A DNA stretch of 64,000 nucleotides, filler included, from Stramenopiles sp. TOSAG23-3 (lineage: Eukaryota), in the NCBI GenBank assembly GCA_900128585.1. It is 9 parts of 9 records of this genome, joined end to end, with 100 filler letters (N's around TTAATTAATTAA, not from the genome) between each part and the next. Parts side by side here need not be neighbours in the genome. Positions count along the whole stretch, not along the records: positions 1 to 7,145 come from LT643198.1; positions 7,246 to 14,388 come from LT643199.1; 7 more parts are not named here. One strand, 5' to 3'. Of this stretch, positions 1 to 10,400 are shown one piece after another; position 1 is the stretch's first letter; each line of letters begins with the position of its first letter. The notes beneath the pieces were generated by a model, which worked only from the letters and a program-made list of their open reading frames with translations, did no database searches and had not been told where the DNA came from. A program made the position numbers and the translations under genes.

Positions 1-1391
1 GTTTTGGGTTTCTTGGCTGCGGGCGACCCGCTGCTTTCGGCACCGCCAGCATCGTGAGGCCGTTTCTTGTTCTCCAGCGTGGAATCCTTGCACACGGGTT
101 CCAGCTCGGGCACCTCTGCGCCCGATTCATCTTCATCACTCACGTAGGACGAAACCTTAAGCACCAGCTCACGAACCGCACCTTCAAGCCGATTCAAAAC
201 TTGCCTTTCTTCTGCAATCAACTTTTTCACCATGCCAACTACCTGTCCCTCAGCGCCCTCATCTGGAGCAGCCCAATAACGGGCCGAGCAAGCCTCCACC
301 AATTCCACCAGCACTTGCGTTACATATACAGCTTGCTCAACATCCATAAACTCAATATCTAGCCCAATGCAATTGGCTTCTTTCCATTCCCAATACTCGG
401 TGTCTTCCATGCTCAGAACTTGTACACAGGTAAGCAAATCCACCGGTACTTTCTTCTCCTTCATGTCTATTACAAACATTTGGAGCATGTCCTTTTCTTT
501 CAGTTCATGCCGCCTACTGGCCAACATCTCATTGACTTCCTCGTGGTCCTCCATAAATTTTTTAAGGGTAGCGACCACTTCCTCTTGGGTGATAATAATT
601 TTGGAGTAAGGCGTTTCCTCGACGAAACCGTACTGTCGAAGCAGTGCTGCGGCACCATAATCACCGTACGAATTCAGCACCTCTTCGCCAGCCTTCATAT
701 CAACGTCTGCAAGCATTTGAAACGCCTGCGTCTCATTGACCCAGTTCAACGTAGTGTTCTTCAACTGTGAGCGGGACGTGTGATTGATCATGTCAAATAT
801 TGGAAGTAGTATTGGCCCGTGAAAGGGCACGTCCTTGCAAGCAGGTGGAAGCTCCATCAGCGCGCGCGAAAAAACCCACGCAAACGCGTCGAAGAATTTA
901 TTTTCCTGGATGGAGCTTTTGGGGAACAGGGCTGGGCCCAGCTCCTTCAACAAAGGCGCAATGTCCTTTTCGTAAATTTTGCAAAGGTTTAACAGCCCCT
1001 GGTTGGCGTCGTCTACAAACAGCGACGTCCCCTTTAAGTACTGTTTCTCGTCGTCGTTCCAGCAATGACCTATGCGAGGTGGGTTGGACGCAGAAAGGTA
1101 CTCAAAATAGGGAAGTTTTTTCGTTTCGACGTGAAGCCCGTGCATTGCCGTGAGGACAAGAGCAATCACATTCGAAATCTTCCCCTGCTCGCAGAACTGC
1201 TTGATCTTCCCGGACGGCGCAATTCCCAGTTGCAACGGAAACTTAAATATAACTTGGCCTCGTGGAATATTTTTCTTGGCAAACACTCCAAACCCTTTCT
1301 CCCCCCGCTGGACAAATTCTATCGCGTCACTTTCCCACCACGCCCCCTGCTTTCTGGCATGCGAAAGGATACCGTCAACCAAGGCGTCCAT
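1..1391 (-). CDS. SET-domain protein-lysine methyltransferase (Rubisco LSMT/SETD6-like class), 3' end cut by the window edge
   Basis: Not in the ORF track because it has no stop. My translation from ATG 1391 reads MDALVDG...GFGVFAKKNIPRGQVIFKFP...WNDDEKQYLKGTSL...FAWVFSRAL...LLPIFDMINH...GEEVLNSYG...LLRQYGFVE. These are the diagnostic LSMT-type SET motifs. Confidence 0.9.
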   Translation of the reverse strand, partial: MDALVDGILSHARKQGAWWESDAIEFVQRGEKGFGVFAKKNIPRGQVIFKFPLQLGIAPSGKIKQFCEQGKISNVIALVLTAMHGLHVETKKLPYFEYLSASNPPRIGHCWNDDEKQYLKGTSLFVDDANQGLLNLCKIYEKDIAPLLKELGPALFPKSSIQENKFFDAFAWVFSRALMELPPACKDVPFHGPILLPIFDMINHTSRSQLKNTTLNWVNETQAFQMLADVDMKAGEEVLNSYGDYGAAALLRQYGFVEETPYSKIIITQEEVVATLKKFMEDHEEVNEMLASRRHELKEKDMLQMFVIDMKEKKVPVDLLTCVQVLSMEDTEYWEWKEANCIGLDIEFMDVEQAVYVTQVLVELVEACSARYWAAPDEGAEGQVVGMVKKLIAEERQVLNRLEGAVRELVLKVSSYVSDEDESGAEVPELEPVCKDSTLENKKRPHDAGGAESSGSPAAKKPK

Positions 1392-2313
1392 CGGCTTTAC
1401 AAAAAATTGAAACCTCAACTCTTTCCCACCGCCGTCAAGAATAAAAATCATCTATTTAAAACCCACAACATCCTTTTTTTTTCAACATTCTTTTCACCTA
1501 TATTTATAATTTAAACAAAGGAGGACACAAATTTTAATAATAAATAATAAAAAAATAATACAGTAATTAAAAAAATAATAATTTATAATATAATAATTAT
1601 ATAAGAATCATCATCATCATATTATCCTCCTCCTCCTTTTCTTTTCTTCTTCTTCTTCTTCTTTATATTTTTATTATATTTTAATAAAGGAGGAAGAGAG
1701 AAGAGAGAAGAAGCGGGCGCCAACATAACAACCGCCGCCGCCGCCGCCGCATCACTCTGAACTTTGACTAATAACGGAACAGTGTTGGTGTTATATAGCT
1801 AATTAAAATAGTATTTCCTATGTTATGTCCTGTGTTGAGATATGATTTTATTAATTATTTTCTTCATCAATAAAATAACGGTTTAAGCGAAATATTTCGA
1901 TGCTATTTGCCACCTATTTTTTATTTTTATTATTTTTGCATTGTTTTATTGTTGAATAAAATGACGCATAAAAAGGAGAAGAGAACAACAGGACACAACA
2001 AAGAAAAACAAGGCAGAATAAAAAGAAGAAGAAAAAAAGAAGCGAGAAGAAGAAGAAGATGATCATCCATTATTATTATTATATTATGATTATTGATCGA
2101 GTTTTTTCAATTAAAAAATTTTATTTCAAGAAAATGAAACGTTTTCTTTTCTTTTCTTTTCCATCTCAAGTCGAACGACTAAAATTTAGAACGAACGAGC
2201 AGAGAAGGCGTATAAGAAAAATAAGTCATAATATATTGGAACAAGAGGTGCTGGAACTGAACCAAGGGATTGTACTCTACTAGTCCTCGTCGGCTTTGAA
2301 TAGACTATTGGCC

Positions 2314-5300
2314 ATGTTCCACCGGAGTCCGAAAAAGCCGAGCAAGGAAGTTCAAGAGTTGCAGAAAAAATGCGCGACGCTTCAGACAGAGTTGGATTTA
2401 TACACAGAGAAATCTGAAAGCTTTGAACGCTCGCTAGAAAAGGCCAATGCAGAACATATTGCGGCGGAAAACCGTGAAACGGAAACACAGGCCAAGCTAG
2501 CGCAGGTTCAACAACTCTACATGGAGGAGAAAAACAAGTTTACCAAGCTGAAAGAGGAGGAAGACAGTTCCACTTCACAGCTGCAAGAAAGAATAGAAAG
2601 TTTGCAAAAGGATTCCAACCAGCTCGCGAGCCTAAAAATAGAGAATGTTCGCCTGAAAGAGCAACTTTCTGGCCTTGAAAAACAGGAGGCGAAGCCTGCT
2701 GCCGATGACAACAACGACAGCAAGTTTTCTCGAATCAAGGCAGAGTTAGAACGTAAATACGAGGAAAAAATCGTCTCGCTCGAGAACGAGTTGGACCAAG
2801 CGGGGGAAGACAACCATCGGATGGCCACGGAAATACAGTCGTTGCAGGAGGTGGCAAAAGGGACGGTGGCTATGGAAATGAAGTTGAAGGCCGAAGAGTA
2901 CGAGCACAAGCTGCTGGAACAGATGGAGAAAAGCTACAAAATTGCGCAGCGGGTGCAGGACGAGAAGGTCCAGCGAGAAGAAGTCGAGCTGACCCTGGAA
3001 CGCACGCGGGAGCAGATGAAGAGTGCGACGCAACGGGCCGTTGACTTGACGCGGGTCATAGAGCAGGAGCGCAAGAACGTCCGCAGGCTTGAGATAGCCT
3101 TAGAGCGTTCAAAGGAGCACCGGATTGTGTACCGAAAGCCGAGTTTCAGCGGCGCAGCGGGGGAGTCAGAGGAAGACTACGACGACGGCTACTCTGACAA
3201 CGACTTTGAGGACGAAGACGCGGGCGCAGGGGGACCAGAGTCGAACGCCGGGACTTCCACGACCAGTCAGCGCAAGAAAAAAGGTGGGGGCAGCACGCGT
3301 GTAGAGGATGATAATACCCGTGATGGGAAACAAAAGAAAAAGAAGTCCACAAAGTCGAAGAAGAAGAAGTTGAAGCGTGCCCGGTCCATGTCAGTATCCG
3401 TCCGAGGGAAAACGGACCTTGAGGATAGCAGCCACCTGGCCAAAACCTTAGAGGGCAAATTGAAAAAGGCCAGGGGCAAGAACGTTGCCCTGTTTCGTCG
3501 GTTCGCCGACATCAAGCGTGCGAGGGACGCCGCGGAGACCAGAGACGTCGCGAAATCCGAACAGTTGATGGCCCTGTCGAACCATTTGGAGAAAATGATG
3601 GCCCTTCTTCGAGCAGAAGCGGCTGCGAAAGCCAGCGCCCAAGAGGCCGTCATAGACTTAGAAGACCAGCTCGCAGAGGCCAAAGCCAAAACGGTCCGAG
3701 TTTTAGAAGAGCATGCGGAGGAAGCGCGGGCGAAGAAGGACGAGGCTCGGCGAGAGACCATGCTCGCGAAGCAGCTGGAACTGATGGACGAAAAGTTCAA
3801 CGGGCTGATGAGAACGCACAACTTTCTTCGAAGCAAAACGGAGAAGGAACAGAAGAAGCTGAACACGGCCCTGCACGAAATGAGCGACAAGCTCTACTTT
3901 CAGACGAAACGGAACGATGGCATGCACGCCGCGAAGCAGAACATTTTTAATAATTTTCTCCGCATTGTGCAGAACTTCCGAATATTCAACCAGCTACCCC
4001 TACCGTCCGAGGTGAAAATGCCCCAAGAGCACTTGAAGCACAAGAATTGGGGTGTCAACCACATGCACTTTGATCTTCAAGACTGCAAGCTCAGGGACGA
4101 CGGGGCCCTCGCATTCATCAACGCGTTCAACTCGTACGCGATAGAGCAAGCTCGCGCCGACGTAGAGCTCGACGAGGTGATGGTGGCCAACAAACGGCAG
4201 ATCGAAAGCGGCATAGGGCTGGACTGGACGCGCCCTGTGAACAAAGTAATTGGCGCGCTATCCCTTGGAAAGCCGCAGGTAACTTTCTCGATCAATTTAA
4301 GTTTCAACGGAATCACCGATCGGGACAACGGCGCGGTGATTCGGACTTTGTGCCGCTCACTGGTTGCGTCAAACAAGATCTCCGAAGTAGACCTGCGGGG
4401 CAATCGCATCGGCCGAACGGGCTTGCGAATGATCCTGGACGCCCTTCAGTACAATCGTACCATAAAGGCCGTAGATCTGAGCGGTAACGACGTGACCGAC
4501 GCTCACCTCACGGAGTATCTGAACGACAGTGCGCGGGCAGCCGACAAGATGCCAGACTTGACCCTGATCGACGAGCCCGGGCGGATGAAGAAGCAGAAAA
4601 TTCCTTCGTTTGGGTCGGGATCGGCACACGGACCACAAGCGCGCCTCTTTCGACGCAACAACACGGGGGACAACAGGCCTTCCAGTGCCCCCCCTGCCCC
4701 GGGCCGGTCCGCCGCGGCCCCCTTCAGGGTCGACACTGTGCTGGGGAAAGTTCAGGGCCCGGATAGCGCGCAGCCCGCGGAGAAGCTCCAGATTAAGTTT
4801 CCCCCACGAATGTCGGCGGTGTCTGCGGTGCAACGCGTGATTACGGACAGCATGACGAAGGTAGTGGCGAAGAACCCGTTCCGTAAGCCCAAGAAGAGGG
4901 AAGATGCAATCGACTCCACACCGCTGCGCGTGAAGCAGGTGGACAAGGAGAACGGCGCGGAATCGGCACAGCGAAGCACGGCTCTTTCCGCAGTGAACGC
5001 GTTGCGGCCCAAGACGGCCGGCAACGTGCTTCAAAAAAGCGCCTCTGTAAAGTCAAACATCCGAGAACGCCGGCGGCTACCGCCGAAGCGACCGATATCC
5101 GCGGAAACCCACCGTAGAATGGGTTTGAAACCTGGGGAGAAGGAACGGAGAGAGGCGGAAGCGCGCCGCAAAAAAGAAGCGGCCGAGAAGAAACGAATCG
5201 CAGAGGAGATGCCCGCCGTGACCGAGGTGCAGGAAGGGGAGCGTCCAAAGTTTGGGGGGCAATATGCCAGCGAGATCCACTGGCACGCTTTTGCCAGAGC

Positions 5301-5913
5301 CCGCGCAGGGCGGTACAAGAGCATTCTGAAACTCTTGAAAGAGGGTTTGGACGTGGACGCGCGAGAGCCTGGCACGGGAGACACTATGCTGATGTCGTCC
5401 GTTGCGTCTGGGAACCCTATGGTGGTGAAGACGTTGTTGCGCCGAGGAGCAAAGGTCAATGCACGGAACAACCGGGGGTGGACGGCGCTGCACTGCGCCG
5501 TGGGGTCGGACGTGCCTCAGCCCGAAATTACCAATATTTTGATGGACAATGGCGCCAAGCTGGAGGGAAGGGACGCGATGGGCGTCACACCGCTGCAGTT
5601 GGCGGTTGAGCAAGCCTCCGACGACATCATTTGCCGGTTGATCGAAGGGGGTGCGGACATAAAGACACAGGACGACTACGGGCGTTCCGTCATGCACAGG
5701 GTAGCGGCGGTCGGTGACAAAGCAACGACGGATCTGATTTTGACTCTCGGTGCGCAGTCCATGCTCAACGTCCCGGATGTGGACGGCAGATGCCCTGCCT
5801 CGTACGCGGAAAGGCATGACCAGTTTGAGTTTCTCAAAATTTTGCAGAGTAAAGGGGCCATCATGGAAACGAAGGACATTTATTCCCCCAACAGCAGCTT
5901 GGGCAAAAAGTGA
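2314..5913 (+). CDS. Coiled-coil + leucine-rich-repeat + ankyrin-repeat protein (~1200 aa)
   Basis: First ATG at 2314. N-terminal heptad coiled coil, RI-like LRRs (INLSFNGI, VDLRGNRIG, VDLSGNDV) and C-terminal ankyrin repeats (GDTMLM, GWTALHCA, GVTPLQLA, GRSVMH). Confidence 0.85.
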   Translation: MFHRSPKKPSKEVQELQKKCATLQTELDLYTEKSESFERSLEKANAEHIAAENRETETQAKLAQVQQLYMEEKNKFTKLKEEEDSSTSQLQERIESLQKDSNQLASLKIENVRLKEQLSGLEKQEAKPAADDNNDSKFSRIKAELERKYEEKIVSLENELDQAGEDNHRMATEIQSLQEVAKGTVAMEMKLKAEEYEHKLLEQMEKSYKIAQRVQDEKVQREEVELTLERTREQMKSATQRAVDLTRVIEQERKNVRRLEIALERSKEHRIVYRKPSFSGAAGESEEDYDDGYSDNDFEDEDAGAGGPESNAGTSTTSQRKKKGGGSTRVEDDNTRDGKQKKKKSTKSKKKKLKRARSMSVSVRGKTDLEDSSHLAKTLEGKLKKARGKNVALFRRFADIKRARDAAETRDVAKSEQLMALSNHLEKMMALLRAEAAAKASAQEAVIDLEDQLAEAKAKTVRVLEEHAEEARAKKDEARRETMLAKQLELMDEKFNGLMRTHNFLRSKTEKEQKKLNTALHEMSDKLYFQTKRNDGMHAAKQNIFNNFLRIVQNFRIFNQLPLPSEVKMPQEHLKHKNWGVNHMHFDLQDCKLRDDGALAFINAFNSYAIEQARADVELDEVMVANKRQIESGIGLDWTRPVNKVIGALSLGKPQVTFSINLSFNGITDRDNGAVIRTLCRSLVASNKISEVDLRGNRIGRTGLRMILDALQYNRTIKAVDLSGNDVTDAHLTEYLNDSARAADKMPDLTLIDEPGRMKKQKIPSFGSGSAHGPQARLFRRNNTGDNRPSSAPPAPGRSAAAPFRVDTVLGKVQGPDSAQPAEKLQIKFPPRMSAVSAVQRVITDSMTKVVAKNPFRKPKKREDAIDSTPLRVKQVDKENGAESAQRSTALSAVNALRPKTAGNVLQKSASVKSNIRERRRLPPKRPISAETHRRMGLKPGEKERREAEARRKKEAAEKKRIAEEMPAVTEVQEGERPKFGGQYASEIHWHAFARARAGRYKSILKLLKEGLDVDAREPGTGDTMLMSSVASGNPMVVKTLLRRGAKVNARNNRGWTALHCAVGSDVPQPEITNILMDNGAKLEGRDAMGVTPLQLAVEQASDDIICRLIEGGADIKTQDDYGRSVMHRVAAVGDKATTDLILTLGAQSMLNVPDVDGRCPASYAERHDQFEFLKILQSKGAIMETKDIYSPNSSLGKK

Positions 5914-6116
5914 CAAACACCACCTCTGAAGACGTAAAAAGTTCTTATACGATATTTTGTAAAGTGTTTTATCATTTTCATTGTAATAGGTAGACAAACA
6001 TAAGGTGCATATTTCATTTTTCAATAGCTTGATGTATCACTTGGTCCCATTTTTATCCTCTGTGTGTGTTCCTCAGCAGGGCAGACTCAGAGAAATAATA
6101 ATTTTTTGTACTTTTT

Positions 6117-6650
6117 TTACAGGCGGTCGTGAATGGACGACATGCTGTTGACGTCAGGGCTGTTCTGTTTCGCCGTCCCAAGGCCGTTTGGATTGGAACA
6201 CGCAAACCAGACAATAGACACTACAAGAGAGATTGCTGACCACGACACATCAGCCCCACAAGTTTCATGCGCGCAAAGATCAAAATCTGGGGCGACAAAT
6301 GCAAAGAAAATAATCAGCACGGCCGAAACAATGATGAACAGCGACGAAATGCCAAAGTGGTAATACAACTTCTTTTTCCGTTCCTGCAGTGTATTCTCGT
6401 CGGTCGTCAGTTCGTACGATGCTGTTCTATGAAAGTTGTACACAGCAGAAGAGGAACCAATGCCCGAAAAAAACGAGAGGCTTACTAACGCCGCAGTCCC
6501 CCATCGTGGATCACCATTTCTCGCCAAGGGAGCCAGGAGGTACGCCATCGTGGCACAAAATGATGTTACTGTCCAACCCACCGGGACGGTTAATTTGAAA
6601 TAATCGCCGCAGGTGTTACCACAGCACACTTTCCTTTGCAAGATTCCCAT
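6117..6650 (-). CDS. Small multi-pass membrane protein of unknown function (177 aa)
   Basis: ATG-initiated ORF with about 4 hydrophobic segments; GC-richer than its flanks. Confidence 0.65.
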   Translation of the reverse strand: MGILQRKVCCGNTCGDYFKLTVPVGWTVTSFCATMAYLLAPLARNGDPRWGTAALVSLSFFSGIGSSSAVYNFHRTASYELTTDENTLQERKKKLYYHFGISSLFIIVSAVLIIFFAFVAPDFDLCAHETCGADVSWSAISLVVSIVWFACSNPNGLGTAKQNSPDVNSMSSIHDRL

Positions 6651-7070
6651 TGTAAAACAAAACAGCGAAAAAAGTCAAACGTAAAAGTAAATTTGCTCCC
6701 TGCGTTCTTAACGATCGACTGCCTCCAACATACAATTTATTTTTGATTCTTACAACTTATGGACTATTTCAATTGAAAAAAAATGTACAAAAAAAAACCT
6801 TTTTGTTGTTCTTCGAACACGTTTTTTTTTGTTTTGATGTGGTGGTGGTGATGTGTGGTGACGATGATGATGTTCCCAATAAATAATTAAATGAGAAGAA
6901 TCTGAAAAAAAAATCCAAAGCAGAGAAGAAGAGGAGGAGGAGGAGGAGAGAGAAGAATAATGTAGTATACTTTTGAAAACTACCTCCTAGTATAGTCTAT
7001 ATAGTATTTAATATACTAAAAAATGACATTTGTCTTAACTTATGCTTTTTTCTCCCTCCGGCTGTGCTTC

Positions 7071-7145
7071 TTTCTTTGTTTCTTTGTTTCTTTGTTTCTT
7101 TGTTTCTTTGTTTCTTTGTTTCTTTGTTTCTTTGTTTCTTTGTTT
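7071..7145. repeat. (TTTCTTTG)n microsatellite at contig end
   Basis: Direct 8-mer tandem repeat up to the N run. Confidence 0.9.
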
Positions 7146-7245
7146 NNNNNNNNNNNNNNNNNNNNNNNNNNNNNNNNNNNNNNNNNNNNTTAATTAATTA
7201 ANNNNNNNNNNNNNNNNNNNNNNNNNNNNNNNNNNNNNNNNNNNN
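7146..7245. other. Artificial contig-joining linker N44-TTAATTAATTAA-N44
   Basis: Identical 100-nt block with stops in all six frames. It recurs at 14389, 21630, 28849, 36067, 43275, 50476 and 57676. Confidence 0.97.
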
Positions 7246-7281
<36 letters not shown>

Positions 7282-7481
7282 GACTTGTTGCTTTTTTTAA
7301 TTTTTTTTATTCGTACCTCAACAGTTCCTACAATATACAAAAAAATCTGTATTTTCTTTAAAAGAATTTAAACATAGCGTTAAATGGATCAACTGCTCAT
7401 GCTCATACAGCATTGCCAAAAAGGCATTTCAATATCTGTATACATACGTCCTAAAGTGTTGTACAAAACGTTTTGTACAAA

Positions 7482-10400
7482 ATGTCGGGGGCGCCGCGAA
7501 CGGCCGGCAGGGCTTCCTTGGGGCCTGGCGTCGTCCCGCCGGCCCCGTCGACGTCGAACAAATTGTTGTCCCGGGCCGAGTCGAACTGGGGAAAGGTTAG
7601 GGACGTCGCAAAGACGAACGTTAAGGATTCGGGAACGTCGGTGCGCGTGGTGTGCCGCGTCCGACCGATGAACAGGAAGGAGTTGGACATGAAGACCACC
7701 CCGTGCGTGGTTGCCAAGGGCGGCACGAGCGTGGTGGTGAGCGAGGGGGACGCCAACTTTTCGGATAAGCGGCGGTTCAATTTTGACAAGGTGTACGGTT
7801 CTGAGAGCAAGCAGGGCGAAGTTTTTGATTTCTGCGGGAAACCGGTCGTCCTGGACGTTCTGAAGGGGTACAACGGGACCATTTTTGCATACGGACAGAC
7901 GGGCAGTGGGAAAACCTTCACCATGGAGGGCCCGGACGTGGAGAACCCGGAGACCCAAGGTATGATACCCCGCTGCATCGACACCATTTTTGAAGCCATC
8001 GAAGAGGCGGACCCGAGCTTGACGTTTACTATTTCAGTGTCCTACATTGAGATATACTTGGAAAAGATTCGAGACTTGCTGGACCCTCGAAAGGACAATT
8101 TGAAGATCAAAAAGAAGGATACTGTATATATCGACGGTGCGACGGAGACGTACATTTCGAGCGTGGACGAGATCATGGACGCGCTCCACTTGGGGGCCAC
8201 GAACCGGGCGACGTCCTCCACCCACATGAACGCGCAAAGCAGCCGGTCCCACAGCGTCTTTATCGTAACGATAACGCAGAAGAACGAAAAGAACGGCACG
8301 GTGATAAAGGGGAAGCTGTACCTCGTGGATTTGGCCGGCTCCGAGAAGATTCGAAAGACGGGGGCCAGCGGCACGCGCCTGGACGAGGCAAAGATGATCA
8401 ACACGTCGCTGTCCGCGCTGGGGCTCGTCATTAAGAAGCTGACGGAAGAGAAGTCTACCCACATCCCGTACCGGGACTCAAAGCTTACGCGCCTGCTGGA
8501 AGAGTCGCTCGGGGGGAACGCAAAGACGACGCTGGTCGTGTGCTGCAGCCCCAGCACGTTCAACCACGACGAGACGGTCTCCACGCTTCGGTTTGGGGAG
8601 CGTGCGAAGAAGGTGAAGAACAAGGCCAAGGTCAACCAAGAGCGCACGTCGGAGGAGCTGATGCGCCTGCTGCGCCAGGCCCAAAAAGCGATACTGCTCC
8701 TTGAAAAGCGGATTCACGTCCTGGAGAAAGAGTTAGAGACGTACAGGGATGGGCCCAAGCCGGCGCGCAAAAAGGGCGGTGACCGACGGCAGACCACGGG
8801 AAGCATTACCCCCCTGGGCACGATCGAGGACGTGGACGGCGGCACTTCCAGCGACGAGGAAAGCTCGTCGGAGGACGCGGGGGCGCCCGGGATCGCCGCT
8901 TCGCCTGAGGCGTTGGAGAAATTGGCAGCCGCAGAGGCCGCGTTGAGCGAGCTGAAGGACGAAGCCCTGGCCTTGAAGGAACAGCTGGAACACTACCAAC
9001 TAAAGACAAGCGAGCTGCAGCTACAGAACGCGAACATGGTGGGCGAGATTCAAGCGCTTCGCGAGAACGTAAAGGAGGGGGAGGAGAAAGTCATCATAGA
9101 AGCGGAAAAGAGCAGGGTTGCCATCAAACAGAGCGACGGGCTGAAGGCCCACGTTTCGGCGTTAGAGAGAGAAAAGAAAGAGCTGCAATCGCAATTCGAG
9201 AGTAATAGAAAGGGAAACCTGGCCATGCTGGAAGCAACCACGGAGCTGGAAGAGAAGCTGACGTCGGCGAAAGTAGAGCTGGAAGACCGGGAGGACCAAC
9301 TGAAAGAGTTGGAGTCGAAGCAGCGGGAAGGCCAGGTCAAGCGGGACGAGCTAGAGAAGCAAGTGCGGGAGGCGGAGAGTAAGATTGGGCACAACGAAAC
9401 CTTGATCACGAAGCTTCTGAACGAGGGACAAGAGCACGAAAACTCGAAGAGCGCGCTGGAGAATCGCCTGGAAGAAGCCTCGGTAGCAAAGCAGTCCCTG
9501 GAAAAGAACCAAGAATCCGAGCGCTTCAAGTACGTCGAGGAGTTGACAAAGCTGAAGTCGGAGCTGGAAGAAAAGCGGGAGAGGGAGAAAGAGCTGCGGG
9601 ACGAGGTCGAGCGCACCAAAAACTTCGAAGAAAAATGTAACGAGCTGGGGCGGAAGCTGGAGTTTGCAGAGAGGAAACACGAGTCTCGGCTGTCGACCAT
9701 GCAGTCAAAGCACACAAAATCGATCCAGGAGATTGCCCTTCGCGCGGCCCGCGCCGAGTCTTCCATCGCGCAGCTGGAGGAAAAGCTGAAAGGGGCAGAG
9801 TCAGACGCGACAAAAAAGGGAGAGGAAATTGCGTCCCTGAAACAGGCGGAGCGAGCGCTTCAGGAGGCCCACGAAGATGCGGTGAAGGAGATAAGCTCGA
9901 AAACCCTGCTCCAAAAGCAGAAATTCGAAGAGCTGCTTCAGACCGAGAAGGAAGAGCGGCGCAACGTGGCCAAGCAAGCGGAAGAGAAGGGCGCGGACCT
10001 GATGAAGCTGAAGAATGCAATGTCCGAAAGGGACAGTCGCATACAGGCCCTGAGCACTGAGCTGGAGCAAAGCAACCAAACGAAAGTGACCATGCAGGTC
10101 GAACATACCACCGAGAAGCTGCAGTTGACACAGGAAAAGGATGCGCTCTCGGAAACGGCAAAGGGCCTGGGACGTAAAATATCTGGTTTGGAGGAAAAGG
10201 TCAACGAAGGGGAAGTAGTGAAAGCGAAAGCAAAGGAGCTCGAGGAATCGCTGAACGCGCTGAAACAGACCCACAAGTCACAAATGGAGAAGCAAGACGC
10301 TGAGAGCAAGCAGTCCATAGCAGAGGTCGGGCAGAAGCTCGAAGTGTCAAAGGCAAACTACCTGCTTTTGCAAGAGCAGCTCAAACAAAAGACCGTCGAG

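Noticed and set aside
54-1514. Plus-strand ORFs in the track
   Set aside because: Antisense to the SET-domain gene, which has clear family motifs.
7190-7201. TTAATTAATTAA recurring every ~7.2 kb as a biological periodic signal
   Set aside because: Always centred in identical N padding; it is a six-frame-stop assembly linker.
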